A DNA stretch of 64,000 bases from a virus. The DNA lies in the IMG/VR virus record IMGVR_UViG_3300023284_001411, positions 11,453-75,452 of that record. One strand, given 5' to 3'. Of this stretch, positions 9,908-18,778 are shown piece after piece. The notes under the pieces are model-generated. The model was not told where the DNA came from and made no database searches. It saw only the letters and a list, made by a program, of their open reading frames with translations. Numbering within the stretch: the first letter of the stretch is position 1; each line of letters opens with the position of its first letter. The position numbers and the translations under genes were made by a program.

Positions 9908-10330
9908 TCATAGCCCCACCTCCTCCAGGTCCCGGACCAGCTCTCGCATGTCCGCTCGGAAGTCGGCGGGGGACACCTTGTAAGGTGTCACCTTACGATC
10001 GAGATCACATTCATCGTTCTCGTTCAAATGGCCTTCTATCTCCAGCTCTTCCAAGGCTTCACCGACCTCGCCCGACCGCAAAGCGTCCAAGGCCCAGAGC
10101 GCGCTTCGAACCTCCCGGTCGAAATCTCCCGGAAGCCATGTCTCATTCTTTGCCAAGCCAAGGCTTTTGGCCATAACGGCACCGGCAAAACAAACCCTAC
10201 AAGTCCGACCCCCGGAGTGAAAACGTTTCATGTCTACTGTGTAGCCCTTGCTCCTCTCGACCCTGTTCAAGTCAGAGAGGGCCAACTTCACCAAGGCCGA
10301 GGGCTTCTTAGGTAACTTCGTCAGTGTCAT
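9908..10330 (-). CDS. Hypothetical protein
   Basis: 140 aa, CRVCFAGAV motif; good SD. Confidence 0.6.
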   Translation of the reverse strand: MTLTKLPKKPSALVKLALSDLNRVERSKGYTVDMKRFHSGGRTCRVCFAGAVMAKSLGLAKNETWLPGDFDREVRSALWALDALRSGEVGEALEELEIEGHLNENDECDLDRKVTPYKVSPADFRADMRELVRDLEEVGL

Positions 10331-10703
10331 CTTCTTCCTCCGTGGGTGTAGGGATGTGTATAATACTATCGAGCTCTTTCAGCATGTCATGCATCAAGCC
10401 CAGGCAAGTGTGATGTCCTCCATGGTTGTAATACTCAACGCTATCGCTCGCCTTGTCGTGCGTCCGCAGGGTAGTCATGATCACAGCGTCGAACCGCTTG
10501 GCAATCACCGCGAACAGGTCGTCATTCGACAGCTCATCGAGGACCACGGTCCCGTCGCCAACGACGCAGGTCGTGAGGAAGGTGGCGATGGCATGTAGTC
10601 TCTGTACTGTCGTATTTGTAAATCTGTCCAGAGTGGCCAAGCCAGCAAGCCATGTGGCCTCCGCCGCTGGGTCAAACTTCTTGGGCATTGGGCCGTTCAC
10701 CAT
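10308..10703 (-). CDS. Hypothetical protein
   Basis: Start MVNGPM after GGAGG SD. Confidence 0.55.
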   Translation of the reverse strand: MVNGPMPKKFDPAAEATWLAGLATLDRFTNTTVQRLHAIATFLTTCVVGDGTVVLDELSNDDLFAVIAKRFDAVIMTTLRTHDKASDSVEYYNHGGHHTCLGLMHDMLKELDSIIHIPTPTEEEDDTDEVT

Positions 10704-11077
10704 GCCTCCAAATTCTCCCACCCTCGCGGGCGCGTGGTGTAGTGAAAGAAGGGCCGGCCGCAGTAGCGGACGGCCAGGTAGTACGCCCGAGCGATCGAGT
10801 AGCCCAGCCAGTGACGACCCCAGAGCATGTGCCGGCGAACGTCTTCCTGCATGGCGATGAGGAACTTCTTGTCGCAACGCTTCCGCTCTGCCTCGTCCCC
10901 GCCCCGCCAGTAGCCGAAGTCGTGGTGATTGCAATCGGCCACGAACATAAAGTTCGGGGGCTTGACCCAACCGCCCTTCCCGCCGCAGCCATTGGCGATG
11001 TGCTTCTGCTGACGCCACGTGAGATTGAGCCAGGTGAACTTCGTCTGCTTCTGTCCGTCTTTTACTTCGATAGGCAT
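10697..11077 (-). CDS. Phospholipase A2-like protein
   Basis: NGCG ... CNHHDFGY ... RKRCDKKF ... AYYLAVR resembles the prokaryotic PLA2 HD motif. Confidence 0.6.
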   Translation of the reverse strand: MPIEVKDGQKQTKFTWLNLTWRQQKHIANGCGGKGGWVKPPNFMFVADCNHHDFGYWRGGDEAERKRCDKKFLIAMQEDVRRHMLWGRHWLGYSIARAYYLAVRYCGRPFFHYTTRPRGWENLEAW

Positions 11078-11421
11078 TAGCGATCGTCTCCTGATCCGTG
11101 AACAGTGCCGCGCTCCTGCCGGCCCTGGATCTTCTCGATGTTCAAAGTGGCCACGGTCGAAAAAGGGTAACCCAACATCGTCGCGATACCCGCTACATAC
11201 CAAAGGACGTCGCCCAGTTCCTTCAGGAGATCCACTCGATCGACAGCGGGAATGTCATCCCAGCGGAAAACGCCCTGGTCCCGCATCAGCTTGCCAATCT
11301 TCTCGGCGACCTCGCCCGCCTCGCCCGCAAGCTTCAGTGGGAGGTAGGCCGTCTCGTCCATCATGGCAGCGCCCTTGGCGTGTTTGAAAGCTTCAGTTTG
11401 GTAGGTGTCGAAGTGTTGCAT
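11077..11421 (-). CDS. MazG-like nucleotide pyrophosphohydrolase
   Basis: LAGEAGEVAEKIGK, KELGDVLWY, NIEKIQGRQERGTVHGSGDDR. Confidence 0.9.
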   Translation of the reverse strand: MQHFDTYQTEAFKHAKGAAMMDETAYLPLKLAGEAGEVAEKIGKLMRDQGVFRWDDIPAVDRVDLLKELGDVLWYVAGIATMLGYPFSTVATLNIEKIQGRQERGTVHGSGDDR

Positions 11422-12083
11422 TTTATTTAATCCCATTCTCCCCGGCAGATGAAGAACACAACGACACCCAGCCATAGCAAGGCGCCCATGAGCAACCACC
11501 ATGACCATTTGTCTTCCTTAGAAACGGTCACTCACGTCCTCCCAGTGTATACACGTGCCCTCATAGTGGTCACAGCCCACCTCGCGACAGATCGCACAGT
11601 CGGCCTCGTTTGTCACTTGGCATTCGCTCAGGACCGGAATGACACTGGCCACGGAGAACATTACCAGACCAGCAAGACATACGCCGCCCAAGAACATCAG
11701 GATCCCGAACATATATCTCATGTTTTTCCTCCTTCGGGAAAACACCTATCGTACCACGTCCTGGCCGAGGGTCAAGGTAGAAAAACCCCCCGGAGGTCTC
11801 GGCGAGAACTTATTCATTTGAGGAATTAGCCTCCCGACTAACCGGATGAGCAAGCCCTTGATCGCTGCTCCGGGGGTTGTCACAAAGTCTCAAGTCTATC
11901 AGCAACTCTCGTACCTGATCCAGACGTGGGGATTATCGTCCCATTTATTCGCCGAACAGGGCTCCCGCTCGGAACAGCAGAGGCATCGGCCGCAGGCCGA
12001 ACAGCAGTCCCATAGGTGCTGGGGCTCCGGGGCGTCCTCAAACCGGAGGAACTGTCCGTCGCTTTTACGATGAACCTGGCGGG

Positions 12084-12311
12084 TCATAGGGTAACGGGAC
12101 CTCGTTCCTTTCGCCAATATTGTTTCTCAAGACTCCGAACCGTCTTTTGGGGTTCGTTAAGGGCCGGGCGCGCCGCGGCGCGCTTGAGATTATCCAGCTC
12201 CTTTCTATGGACACCAAGCACCTTGTTCACTCGGGCAGTGATCTCGGTTAATCGCCAAACAGTGTATGCGGCAAGGACCAGGACCAGAACGAAAGTAAAT
12301 TCAACCATCAA
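12084..12311 (-). CDS. Small membrane protein
   Basis: N-terminal TM helix then basic tail. Confidence 0.5.
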   Translation of the reverse strand: MMVEFTFVLVLVLAAYTVWRLTEITARVNKVLGVHRKELDNLKRAAARPALNEPQKTVRSLEKQYWRKERGPVTL

Positions 12312-12761
12312 CTTCTCTTTATTACATCTTTAGGCACAACCACGGCTCGCTCCTCGAGCGGCGGCGGCAAAAGATCGGGGTCTCGACATTTGGCACAAAG
12401 CCAGCAACTACGGATCCACAACGCCGGGCCGACGGACCGGCACCGTGAACAGGCGACGACGATCGGCGGCTCTTTGGCTTTCTTCTTCATGGTACGTTGA
12501 ACACACCACACATTCTGATGACACGGCCCTGATTGCGAAGGACATTGAGCGCATAGCTCGCAACCATCCGCGAGCGTTCGCACGCGGAGCAGTCCTCGGC
12601 TACTTCCTCCACGTTATAGGCCCACGGAGACCCCTTCTTCAGAAAGGCGAAGACGGCATTCGGCAAGGCATCAGGGTCGCCGGGCACCCGAAGCATCATG
12701 CCCCGGTCCCACTTGACCCGTCGTCGCCCGCCCTTGTCGTGGTTCCGTGTCCGGGAGCCCA

Positions 12762-13085
12762 TTACTTACCCAGGACAGAGTCACGAACCTCGTTGGTCAC
12801 ATCAATTGCCAATTTGGTAGCCCCTGCGTCATCAATGAGTTTGGCCCAGATGTAGTCGACGTCGATGATTGTATAGGTAACGCCGTCGATCGTATGCTCA
12901 ACGCCGTCCCAACCGGTTAGCAGGACCTTAGCCTCAAGTCCAATTTGGATGACGTTCGGCCCGATGGCGACGACCGTTCCGACGGGATCAAACTTCGGCT
13001 TTTCGTCCGCTTCCTTTTCCTCGAGCGTCAGGGGCAGAGCGATTCTCTCAACGACGATGAATTTTCCGAGCGGTTCGAGCTTCAT
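12762..13085 (-). CDS. GroES/Cpn10-like co-chaperonin
   Basis: MKLEPLGKFIVVE, GTVVAIGP, G.EHTIDGVTYTII pattern. Confidence 0.75.
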   Translation of the reverse strand: MKLEPLGKFIVVERIALPLTLEEKEADEKPKFDPVGTVVAIGPNVIQIGLEAKVLLTGWDGVEHTIDGVTYTIIDVDYIWAKLIDDAGATKLAIDVTNEVRDSVLGK

Positions 13086-13120
13086 AAGGGTCTCCTGGGG
13101 GTTAGGAAAAAGTTCAACCT

Positions 13121-13612
13121 CTATCCTACCACATGACCCCAGATTTCTCTTCGAATAATTTTGCTAATAACGGTTTGATCAACATCCCAGATTTCAGCAA
13201 TCTGGGGAGAAGACAATCCACGTTTCATAAGAGGATCTCTTCTTGAATACAACCTCCGAATCACCCTAACATCCATAGGAGACAACTTTGACCTATGATG
13301 ATTTGTCCCATTTACCCTTTTGCCTCTTCCTTTTTGTTCACGATCTCTCGCGTTATCACCATGAGTGCCAATAAAAAGATGATCCGGCCTTACGCATGGA
13401 GGATTGTCACAATGATGACAGACGCACAACTCATCAGGAATAGTCCCGTAATGAAGGATCCAAGAAAGGCGATGTGCATGAATCATTTGTGATCGAAACC
13501 CCCGTATCCTCCCGTACCCATCTCTGCCTCGCCAACCTACGAACTCCCAGCACTCTCCAGCTTTACGGACCTTCTCCCAAAAACGTTTTTCTAACAGAAC
13601 TCTTCTACCCAT
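13121..13612 (-). CDS. HNH homing endonuclease with C-terminal HTH
   Basis: CWEF..GYG..AHRLSW..VCHHCDNPPCVRPDHLFIGTHGDN; AT-richer than flanks. Confidence 0.9.
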   Translation of the reverse strand: MGRRVLLEKRFWEKVRKAGECWEFVGWRGRDGYGRIRGFRSQMIHAHRLSWILHYGTIPDELCVCHHCDNPPCVRPDHLFIGTHGDNARDREQKGRGKRVNGTNHHRSKLSPMDVRVIRRLYSRRDPLMKRGLSSPQIAEIWDVDQTVISKIIRREIWGHVVG

Positions 13613-13986
13613 TTTCTAACCTCCTTATTTGAGCTCTGAAAACGGGACGGATGAGGTATAACCAAGCAATCCACGTTCCCGCACGTGACCCGGTCCAGGG
13701 GCTTGGGGTCAGCGTAGAAGGCCGCGGCCACGAGCCCGCCCATGAGGATCAGGCGGTCGCCGGTCCTTCGGCAGTAGTCCATGAGCTCGTACGCCGTGCC
13801 GGCGGCCCGCGGGGCGTCCCAACCCTCCCCGGGCTCAAGGAGATTGACGAAGGTGTACCGGTCCAGGTCCCCGACCATGGCCGTCAGCTGGTCCCGGGCC
13901 TTGCCCTCGGGAATGGCCGAGTAAAACGGGCTCAGCTTGTGGATGATGCTGGACGACTGGACGCGCTCACCGACGAGGTAGATCAC
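13591..13986 (-). CDS. Uracil-DNA glycosylase-like protein
   Basis: GTG start, MIYLVGE, FVNLL, LILMGG, VIPHPS motifs of the UDG superfamily; coupled to Ro60 stop. Confidence 0.55.
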   Translation of the reverse strand: MIYLVGERVQSSSIIHKLSPFYSAIPEGKARDQLTAMVGDLDRYTFVNLLEPGEGWDAPRAAGTAYELMDYCRRTGDRLILMGGLVAAAFYADPKPLDRVTCGNVDCLVIPHPSRFQSSNKEVRKWVEEFC

Positions 13987-15506
13987 CCCGTCACGAACTC
14001 CCGCAGCACGGACGGCACCGAAGGATCGAAGCCCACGACGTCCAGCATCCCCGGGTCGTTGGGGTCGGCGATGGAGAAGTTGTTCGCCAACATGGACACG
14101 ACGATCAGTTTCGCGTTGGGATTGAGCTTTCGGCGGTACTTGTCGAGCGCGGCCTTCGGGTGAATGCCGCCGGCCCATGTCTGGTTGTCCGTGTAGACCA
14201 CGAAGGCATCGACCTCGATGTTCTTGCGGAGCGCATAGGTCATCGGCTGCGCGCAGTCCGTCCCGCCGAAGGGAAGTTTCGACGTCTTCCGCAGGACCTC
14301 GGTATAGGTCATGTCCCGAGTCACCGAGAGCGGTGAGAATATGTGGGTGAACGCCATGGGCACGCACAGCGGCTCAGTCCTCATAGTCACCAGGAGCATG
14401 GCCGCCGCGGCCTCTCGGCAAGTGACCCCGACGACGCCGGCACAGTCGGCCCAGGTCATGGAGCCCGAGACGTCCAGGCCCAGGAGGAAGCGCTTCCCGG
14501 ACGGCTTTACCTGGTCGAAGGACAGGCTGAAGGCCTCCTCGACCGCGGCCGAGATACCCGCGTCCACTTCCCATTTGAGGCTACCTCGCACGCCCTTTCC
14601 CTGCTTGTAGGTCTTGAGGGCCGAGAGCAGCTGGATCGGGTGAATACGGGACCTCTTGATCAGTACCGTGTCCGTCAGCCGGTTTTCGACGATCTTGTTC
14701 GCGTCCCAGCGTCCAGGACCCAGGACCTCCCGCGCCGAGAGCGCGCCGAGGTGCTTGAGGGTCGCCTGGTAGGGCATGAAAGGCAAGAGGGCCTGCCAAA
14801 CGTCCGTCCGCTTCTTGAGCTCAGGGGTCAGCATCTCATGGGAGATGCGGCCCGACTCCTTGATCAGCTGGATACACTCGTCGAGGCCCAGCCCTTCGAA
14901 GGGGTCGTTCCGTCCCTGGACAATGGCCCGAAAGAGGTGGTTGAGGCGCCCATTCTTCGGGTGCGTTAGCCGCAGGAGGTCGCGATGTGACCAGCCCTCG
15001 CGCTGGATGTATTTCAAGCGCTGATAGTCGACATTCTCCGTGGTTTTCGACAGATACCAGCCCCGGATCATGCGCCGCGGCCGGCGTCCCCAGCCGCGGA
15101 GCTCATTGACGTAGTGGGCGAAGCGGAAGAGGTGAAAGCCCGTGCGGACGGTGTTGTTGAAACGGTTTTCAACTATTCGCGCCGCCCGAGGGCTCAACGT
15201 ACAGAGGGCCAGGGACAGCATGACCGGGTCCGGGCGCGCTGCACGGCCCTGGTTCCAGATGTCGCAGATCTCCTCCGCTGTTCGCTCAGGATCCTCGGCG
15301 AGGCACTCGTGGATCGCCTTCAGGTTCTCGCGAACGAGCGGCCCTTCCTTGGTGTAGTACGTCCCTCCCTCAGCGCCCAGGATCAAGAACCGGCGGAGCC
15401 GTTCGAACGGGTCGACGGTAAAAGAGAACCCTCCCGCGCTGTTTTCAACTTGACCCGGGAGGGCCTCACTCTGGGGCGTGTCGAGGTGAGTGGCGTAATC
15501 CATCAT
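13983..15506 (-). CDS. rsr: Ro60/Rsr TROVE-domain RNA-binding protein
   Basis: QVENSAGGFSF, RLRRFLILGAEGGTYY, KYIQREGWSHRDLLRLTHP, vWA MIDAS LDVSGSM, GGTDCAQPM, VVYTDNQTW. Confidence 0.95.
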   Translation of the reverse strand: MMDYATHLDTPQSEALPGQVENSAGGFSFTVDPFERLRRFLILGAEGGTYYTKEGPLVRENLKAIHECLAEDPERTAEEICDIWNQGRAARPDPVMLSLALCTLSPRAARIVENRFNNTVRTGFHLFRFAHYVNELRGWGRRPRRMIRGWYLSKTTENVDYQRLKYIQREGWSHRDLLRLTHPKNGRLNHLFRAIVQGRNDPFEGLGLDECIQLIKESGRISHEMLTPELKKRTDVWQALLPFMPYQATLKHLGALSAREVLGPGRWDANKIVENRLTDTVLIKRSRIHPIQLLSALKTYKQGKGVRGSLKWEVDAGISAAVEEAFSLSFDQVKPSGKRFLLGLDVSGSMTWADCAGVVGVTCREAAAAMLLVTMRTEPLCVPMAFTHIFSPLSVTRDMTYTEVLRKTSKLPFGGTDCAQPMTYALRKNIEVDAFVVYTDNQTWAGGIHPKAALDKYRRKLNPNAKLIVVSMLANNFSIADPNDPGMLDVVGFDPSVPSVLREFVTG

Positions 15507-15524
15507 CCGTCCTTTCGAGAAAAA

Positions 15525-15659
15525 TGCCGAGCAAGTTTGTGAACGCAGTTTAATAACTGGCGCTCTCGGCTGTCTGAGCTACCCCGACTCAATTGCCGGG
15601 GGCAGGTTTCGCACCTGCGACCTCCAGTTCCATGATAATCTACATTCGTCGGCTCAGCA
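15525..15659 (-). ncRNA. Y RNA, YrlA-type (tRNA mimic)
   Basis: UGCUGAGCCGA...ACUUGCUCGGCA bulged-C stem enclosing T arm GCAGG-UGCGAAA-CCUGC, loop-closed acceptor CCCCGGC/GUCGGGG, D arm UA-GCUC..GAGC. Confidence 0.85.
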
Positions 15660-15676
15660 AAACCTATCCAAAAAGA

Positions 15677-15794
15677 ACCGAGCAAGGTGTGACCGTAGGA
15701 TGTGCCTATGCCATTTGGCGACATCGCGCAAGGCAATGACGGGATTCGAACCCGCATTCTTCGTGAAAAGATAACCTACAATCGTCGGCTCGGT
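15677..15794 (-). ncRNA. Y RNA, YrlA-type (tRNA mimic)
   Basis: ACCGAGCCGA...CCUUGCUCGGU stem enclosing T arm GCGGG-UUCGAAU-CCCGU, acceptor CAUUGC/GCGAUG, D arm GCC-AAAUGGCAUA-GGC. Confidence 0.85.
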
Positions 15795-15814
15795 GACAGT
15801 ACTGCAAAACAAAA

Positions 15815-15879
15815 AGCCGAACAAGTTTGTAGCCGAGGGGGATACTTTATGATGGTAACCCTCAGCCATCGGCTCGGCT
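15815..15879 (-). ncRNA. Minimal Y RNA
   Basis: AGCCGAGCCGAU-GGCUGAGGG...CCCUCGGCU-ACAAACUUGUUCGGCU then U-run. Confidence 0.75.
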
Positions 15880-15902
15880 AAACAGATTGGGCTCTAAATC
15901 AA

Positions 15903-15975
15903 AAACCGAACAAGGTAACGGTCGAAGGGAAAAACTTTCCATATAAAGGTAACCTTCAACCAATCGGCTCGGTTT
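15903..15975 (-). ncRNA. Minimal Y RNA
   Basis: AAACCGAGCCGAUU-GGUUGAAGG...CCUUCGACC-GUUACCUUGUUCGGUUU. Confidence 0.75.
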
Positions 15976-15993
15976 ATCTGAATGTCAAAGAAG

Positions 15994-16056
15994 GTCGAGC
16001 AAGTTTGTGACCAAAGGGTAAATGGTATGCTGATAACCTCCAGCCTTCGGCTCGAC
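15994..16056 (-). ncRNA. Minimal Y RNA
   Basis: GUCGAGCCGAA-GGCUGGAGG...CCUUUGGUC-ACAAACUUGCUCGAC. Confidence 0.75.
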
Positions 16057-16063
16057 TGATCCC

Positions 16064-16093
16064 AGTGTACCATCATCAGGGGTCCGAGGTCAA
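16064..16093 (-). promoter_or_regulatory. Sigma70-like promoter of Y RNA array / Ro60 operon
   Basis: TTGACC-N18-TACACT with extended -10 TG; predicted +1 falls at the 5' end of the first Y RNA. Confidence 0.6.
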
Positions 16094-16782
16094 CCCTTTT
16101 TCTCGAGCAATTCCTTCTCGCGCTCCAAGGTGAGCTCGCCGGTCATGACCCGGGTTCGCAGGAACACGGCGTAGGTGTCCTCCACGTCCCGCGCACAGTA
16201 GTCGTAGATCGTCTCGAGTTGGCCCTTGAGCCAGAGGCCGTAGACATCCTTCCCGACCGTGGCGCCCTTCCCAGGCCTTCCCACGACCCGCGCCAGTAGG
16301 TCCAGGCCGCCCGTGCAGCGGAAAGCGCCGAACTCCGTCATCCACTCCATCAGATCGATCCGGTCAGAGGTGAACCGGTAGCGGTAACCGAACTTCGGGC
16401 CGGCGTAGTAGGCCGGGCACGATACACCGTACCGGAAGGCTGTCATGGACAGGAGGGGGAGGTCGAAGCCCCGCCCGTTGAAGTCCACGAGGATCGGGCG
16501 ATGCTTCTGGACACCTTCCCAGAAGCGCTGGGCAATCTCCTGAGCGGAACCCTTAATGACGCCCGTCTTCTCGATCTTGAACCCCGCATCCAGGGCCAGG
16601 AAGGCCACGCAGATCGGTACCTGGTAAGTGACCGGGATGAAGTCAGAGCCCTTGTCCGCGAGGAGGTCCGCCTGGTATTGGCCGACGGTCTCGGAGCCAC
16701 TCCAATCCTCGGGGTAGCCCCGGGAGTCCCGGATCAGTGTCCCGTCGGGCCGCGACTCGCAGTCGTAGACAAGGTACCTCAT
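16090..16782 (-). CDS. PolB-like 3'-5' exonuclease (DEDDy)
   Basis: VYDCES, FNGRGFDLP, YCARDV exonuclease motifs I-III. Confidence 0.85.
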   Translation of the reverse strand: MRYLVYDCESRPDGTLIRDSRGYPEDWSGSETVGQYQADLLADKGSDFIPVTYQVPICVAFLALDAGFKIEKTGVIKGSAQEIAQRFWEGVQKHRPILVDFNGRGFDLPLLSMTAFRYGVSCPAYYAGPKFGYRYRFTSDRIDLMEWMTEFGAFRCTGGLDLLARVVGRPGKGATVGKDVYGLWLKGQLETIYDYCARDVEDTYAVFLRTRVMTGELTLEREKELLEKKG

Positions 16783-17864
16783 TCCGGAAACCTTCCAAAC
16801 TTGACACCATCGAGCCTGAACCAAGGAGACTTCACATCCAAGGGATTACCGATCACGATCATCTCGAGAAAGTCACGAAACAACGGCTCATAATCTGCCT
16901 TGGGAAGAAAAACCTCATTCGGTTTTGGGTCACAGGCCAGGGCCTTCGCCACTGTTCTCCAACCGTTCTTGGTATCCCCGCTCGAGCGCTCCATCCACTC
17001 ATCAAGATCTCCAGCCTTAGCGTGCTCCACGAGCTCGTCGAGCATCGTCATAGTCATGGGCTGATGGAGTTCAAATTCTCCGCCGCATTTGAACAACACC
17101 GCCTGAGCGCAGTCGCCATCGTGCAGCGGCTTCGACTCGGGGTTCTCCGGGTTACCGGTCCACCACACATAGCCACTGGTCACAGCCATCCCGCAGTGGC
17201 CGCACGGGCCATGCCCCATGTGTGGGGGAGGGCCGAGCTGGCCGACCTGGCCGACCTGGTCAGCTGTAAAGAAAAACTTATCCGGCTCAAACGGAGCGTC
17301 CTTGGGGAAGTCGAGAGATAAAGTACCATCACCCTCATTCGACCGAAACTCAACGCCACTGATTTTGACTTTCGCGGAAGTGGACGCCACATCAGGATCA
17401 TCCATCCGTATAGCATGCTCCACCAACTGGTCGAATGCCTTGGGTTCCATGTAAACGACCGAGGGCTTCGGATAGGCCTGGGTATGGGAGAGGATGAAGT
17501 GCCCCATGCTATATATCTCAATCGCGGGGGTGGTGTCCACAGTATGAACGGAGTTCCCATCTGTGGCTTCCGGCGCCAGGGTTTTCCCTTTCCCCACCAC
17601 TCCTTCACGGATACAGGAATTACACACTTGCCCATGGAGCCGAGGAGCGTTGCCACCGCAAAACGGGCAACAGCCCTTGGCCATGACCGGATTCGACCGA
17701 AAAGCCTCCTTACCATAGTCCAGGACCTGGCCCCAGGAGTCCTTTGACGCCTCCGCGGGCGCCCCGGCAATGTCGATCAGGGTCCGCTTCGCGCAGTCCT
17801 CGGCGTGTTGCTCGAGGGGGAGGTCCGGGTCAGAGAGTAGGCATCGACAGCTGCAGTGTATCAT
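16779..17864 (-). CDS. Hypothetical multi-domain Cys-rich protein
   Basis: N-terminal CSCRCLLSDP..HAEDC motif; several CxxC pairs. Confidence 0.6.
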   Translation of the reverse strand: MIHCSCRCLLSDPDLPLEQHAEDCAKRTLIDIAGAPAEASKDSWGQVLDYGKEAFRSNPVMAKGCCPFCGGNAPRLHGQVCNSCIREGVVGKGKTLAPEATDGNSVHTVDTTPAIEIYSMGHFILSHTQAYPKPSVVYMEPKAFDQLVEHAIRMDDPDVASTSAKVKISGVEFRSNEGDGTLSLDFPKDAPFEPDKFFFTADQVGQVGQLGPPPHMGHGPCGHCGMAVTSGYVWWTGNPENPESKPLHDGDCAQAVLFKCGGEFELHQPMTMTMLDELVEHAKAGDLDEWMERSSGDTKNGWRTVAKALACDPKPNEVFLPKADYEPLFRDFLEMIVIGNPLDVKSPWFRLDGVKFGRFPE

Positions 17865-18124
17865 GCTTTCGTCTTCCCTACTACTGATGAGAGGTAAGTC
17901 TGGGCCAGGGCCATCGACTGTTCCGCAGTGAAGCCCTTGGCAAGGGCCGCATCGTAAACGTTCTTGATAACTTCCATCAAGATGGGCGCGGTGTCTTTCG
18001 TGTTCTCGGCCGCCGCTTCAATCTCGGCGAGCTTCGCCGCGTCATCTTCGGGGAGATGGGGTGTGGTCATCCTACTTGACATCCTTTCATGAGTATTCCT
18101 ACGAGGTAAACGACCCCGAGCCAA
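17861..18124 (-). CDS. Hypothetical protein
   Basis: YDAALAKGFTAEQSMAL small-phage-protein motif; likely start MTTPH. Confidence 0.55.
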   Translation of the reverse strand: MARGRLPRRNTHERMSSRMTTPHLPEDDAAKLAEIEAAAENTKDTAPILMEVIKNVYDAALAKGFTAEQSMALAQTYLSSVVGKTKA

Positions 18125-18164
18125 AAGGTCGAGGCGAACACAGATTCAGGCCAGGTAAATTGCA

Positions 18165-18512
18165 TCAGACTCCTCCCATCATCGCGTTGAACCACTGCCG
18201 CCGGGCCTCGCCCTCGGGCGTGGGTTCAGGGGTCACAGGAAAGAACTCTGACAAAGCTGTCGCGTACCTTCCGAAATCACCAAAGAACTTCTGAGCGATA
18301 ACAGCCAGGGAGTGTTCCCCTTCGTGGAAGGCCATTGCCGAGTTGTGTACGGGTGCATAGACCCTGTCCCTGGCAACATCGTACAGATCTACATGGCAAA
18401 TATTACAGGCATAAAGCTCTCGGCCTTCCTTCCAGTCCTTATAGAAAGACTTATTCTGTGCGTCTACTGAAATAATCTCATGGGAGCCGCACAATGGGCA
18501 GTAGGCGATCAT
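18165..18512 (-). CDS. Zn-ribbon hypothetical protein
   Basis: CPLCGS...CNIC. Confidence 0.55.
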   Translation of the reverse strand: MIAYCPLCGSHEIISVDAQNKSFYKDWKEGRELYACNICHVDLYDVARDRVYAPVHNSAMAFHEGEHSLAVIAQKFFGDFGRYATALSEFFPVTPEPTPEGEARRQWFNAMMGGV

Positions 18513-18778
18513 ACCTCGCGCCCCTTCCAGTCATCCCACACCTTGGGCGGGTGGATCTTGTCCCGGCCGTGGCATGAGTAACACTCCTTCAGGATCCGGT
18601 TGCCCTCACCGTGGACGCGATAGGCCCGCTGGGCCGGCGTCTCGAGGAGCTCAGCCTGGGCCGCGGGCGGGAGCTGAGCGGGCTTGTCGGCAAAACCAGT
18701 AGCCCAACCCATACTAATCGCAAACAGCAACATCAGGCCAAGGAAGCTATACCACGTTTCTACTGGATACAGCCTCAT
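18509..18778 (-). CDS. Secreted/membrane protein with single CxxCH motif
   Basis: Hydrophobic N-terminus; ILKECYSCHG. Confidence 0.5.
   Translation of the reverse strand: MRLYPVETWYSFLGLMLLFAISMGWATGFADKPAQLPPAAQAELLETPAQRAYRVHGEGNRILKECYSCHGRDKIHPPKVWDDWKGREV

Noticed and set aside
15525-15794. Bona fide tRNA genes
   Set aside because: Arms are in permuted order (T, acceptor, D), the acceptor is loop-closed, and there is no anticodon loop or CCA
15525-16056. Series of simple terminators or a CRISPR mini-array
   Set aside because: Conserved bulged-C helix, internal loops and tRNA arms next to Ro60 fit Y RNAs better
15503-16076. ORFs 15503-15757, 15654-15869, 15894-16076
   Set aside because: They overlap the structured RNA repeats and have no protein-like features
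17231-17265. 9-bp tandem repeat ggccgacct
   Set aside because: In-frame coding repeat (QVGQVGQLG); too short to interpret
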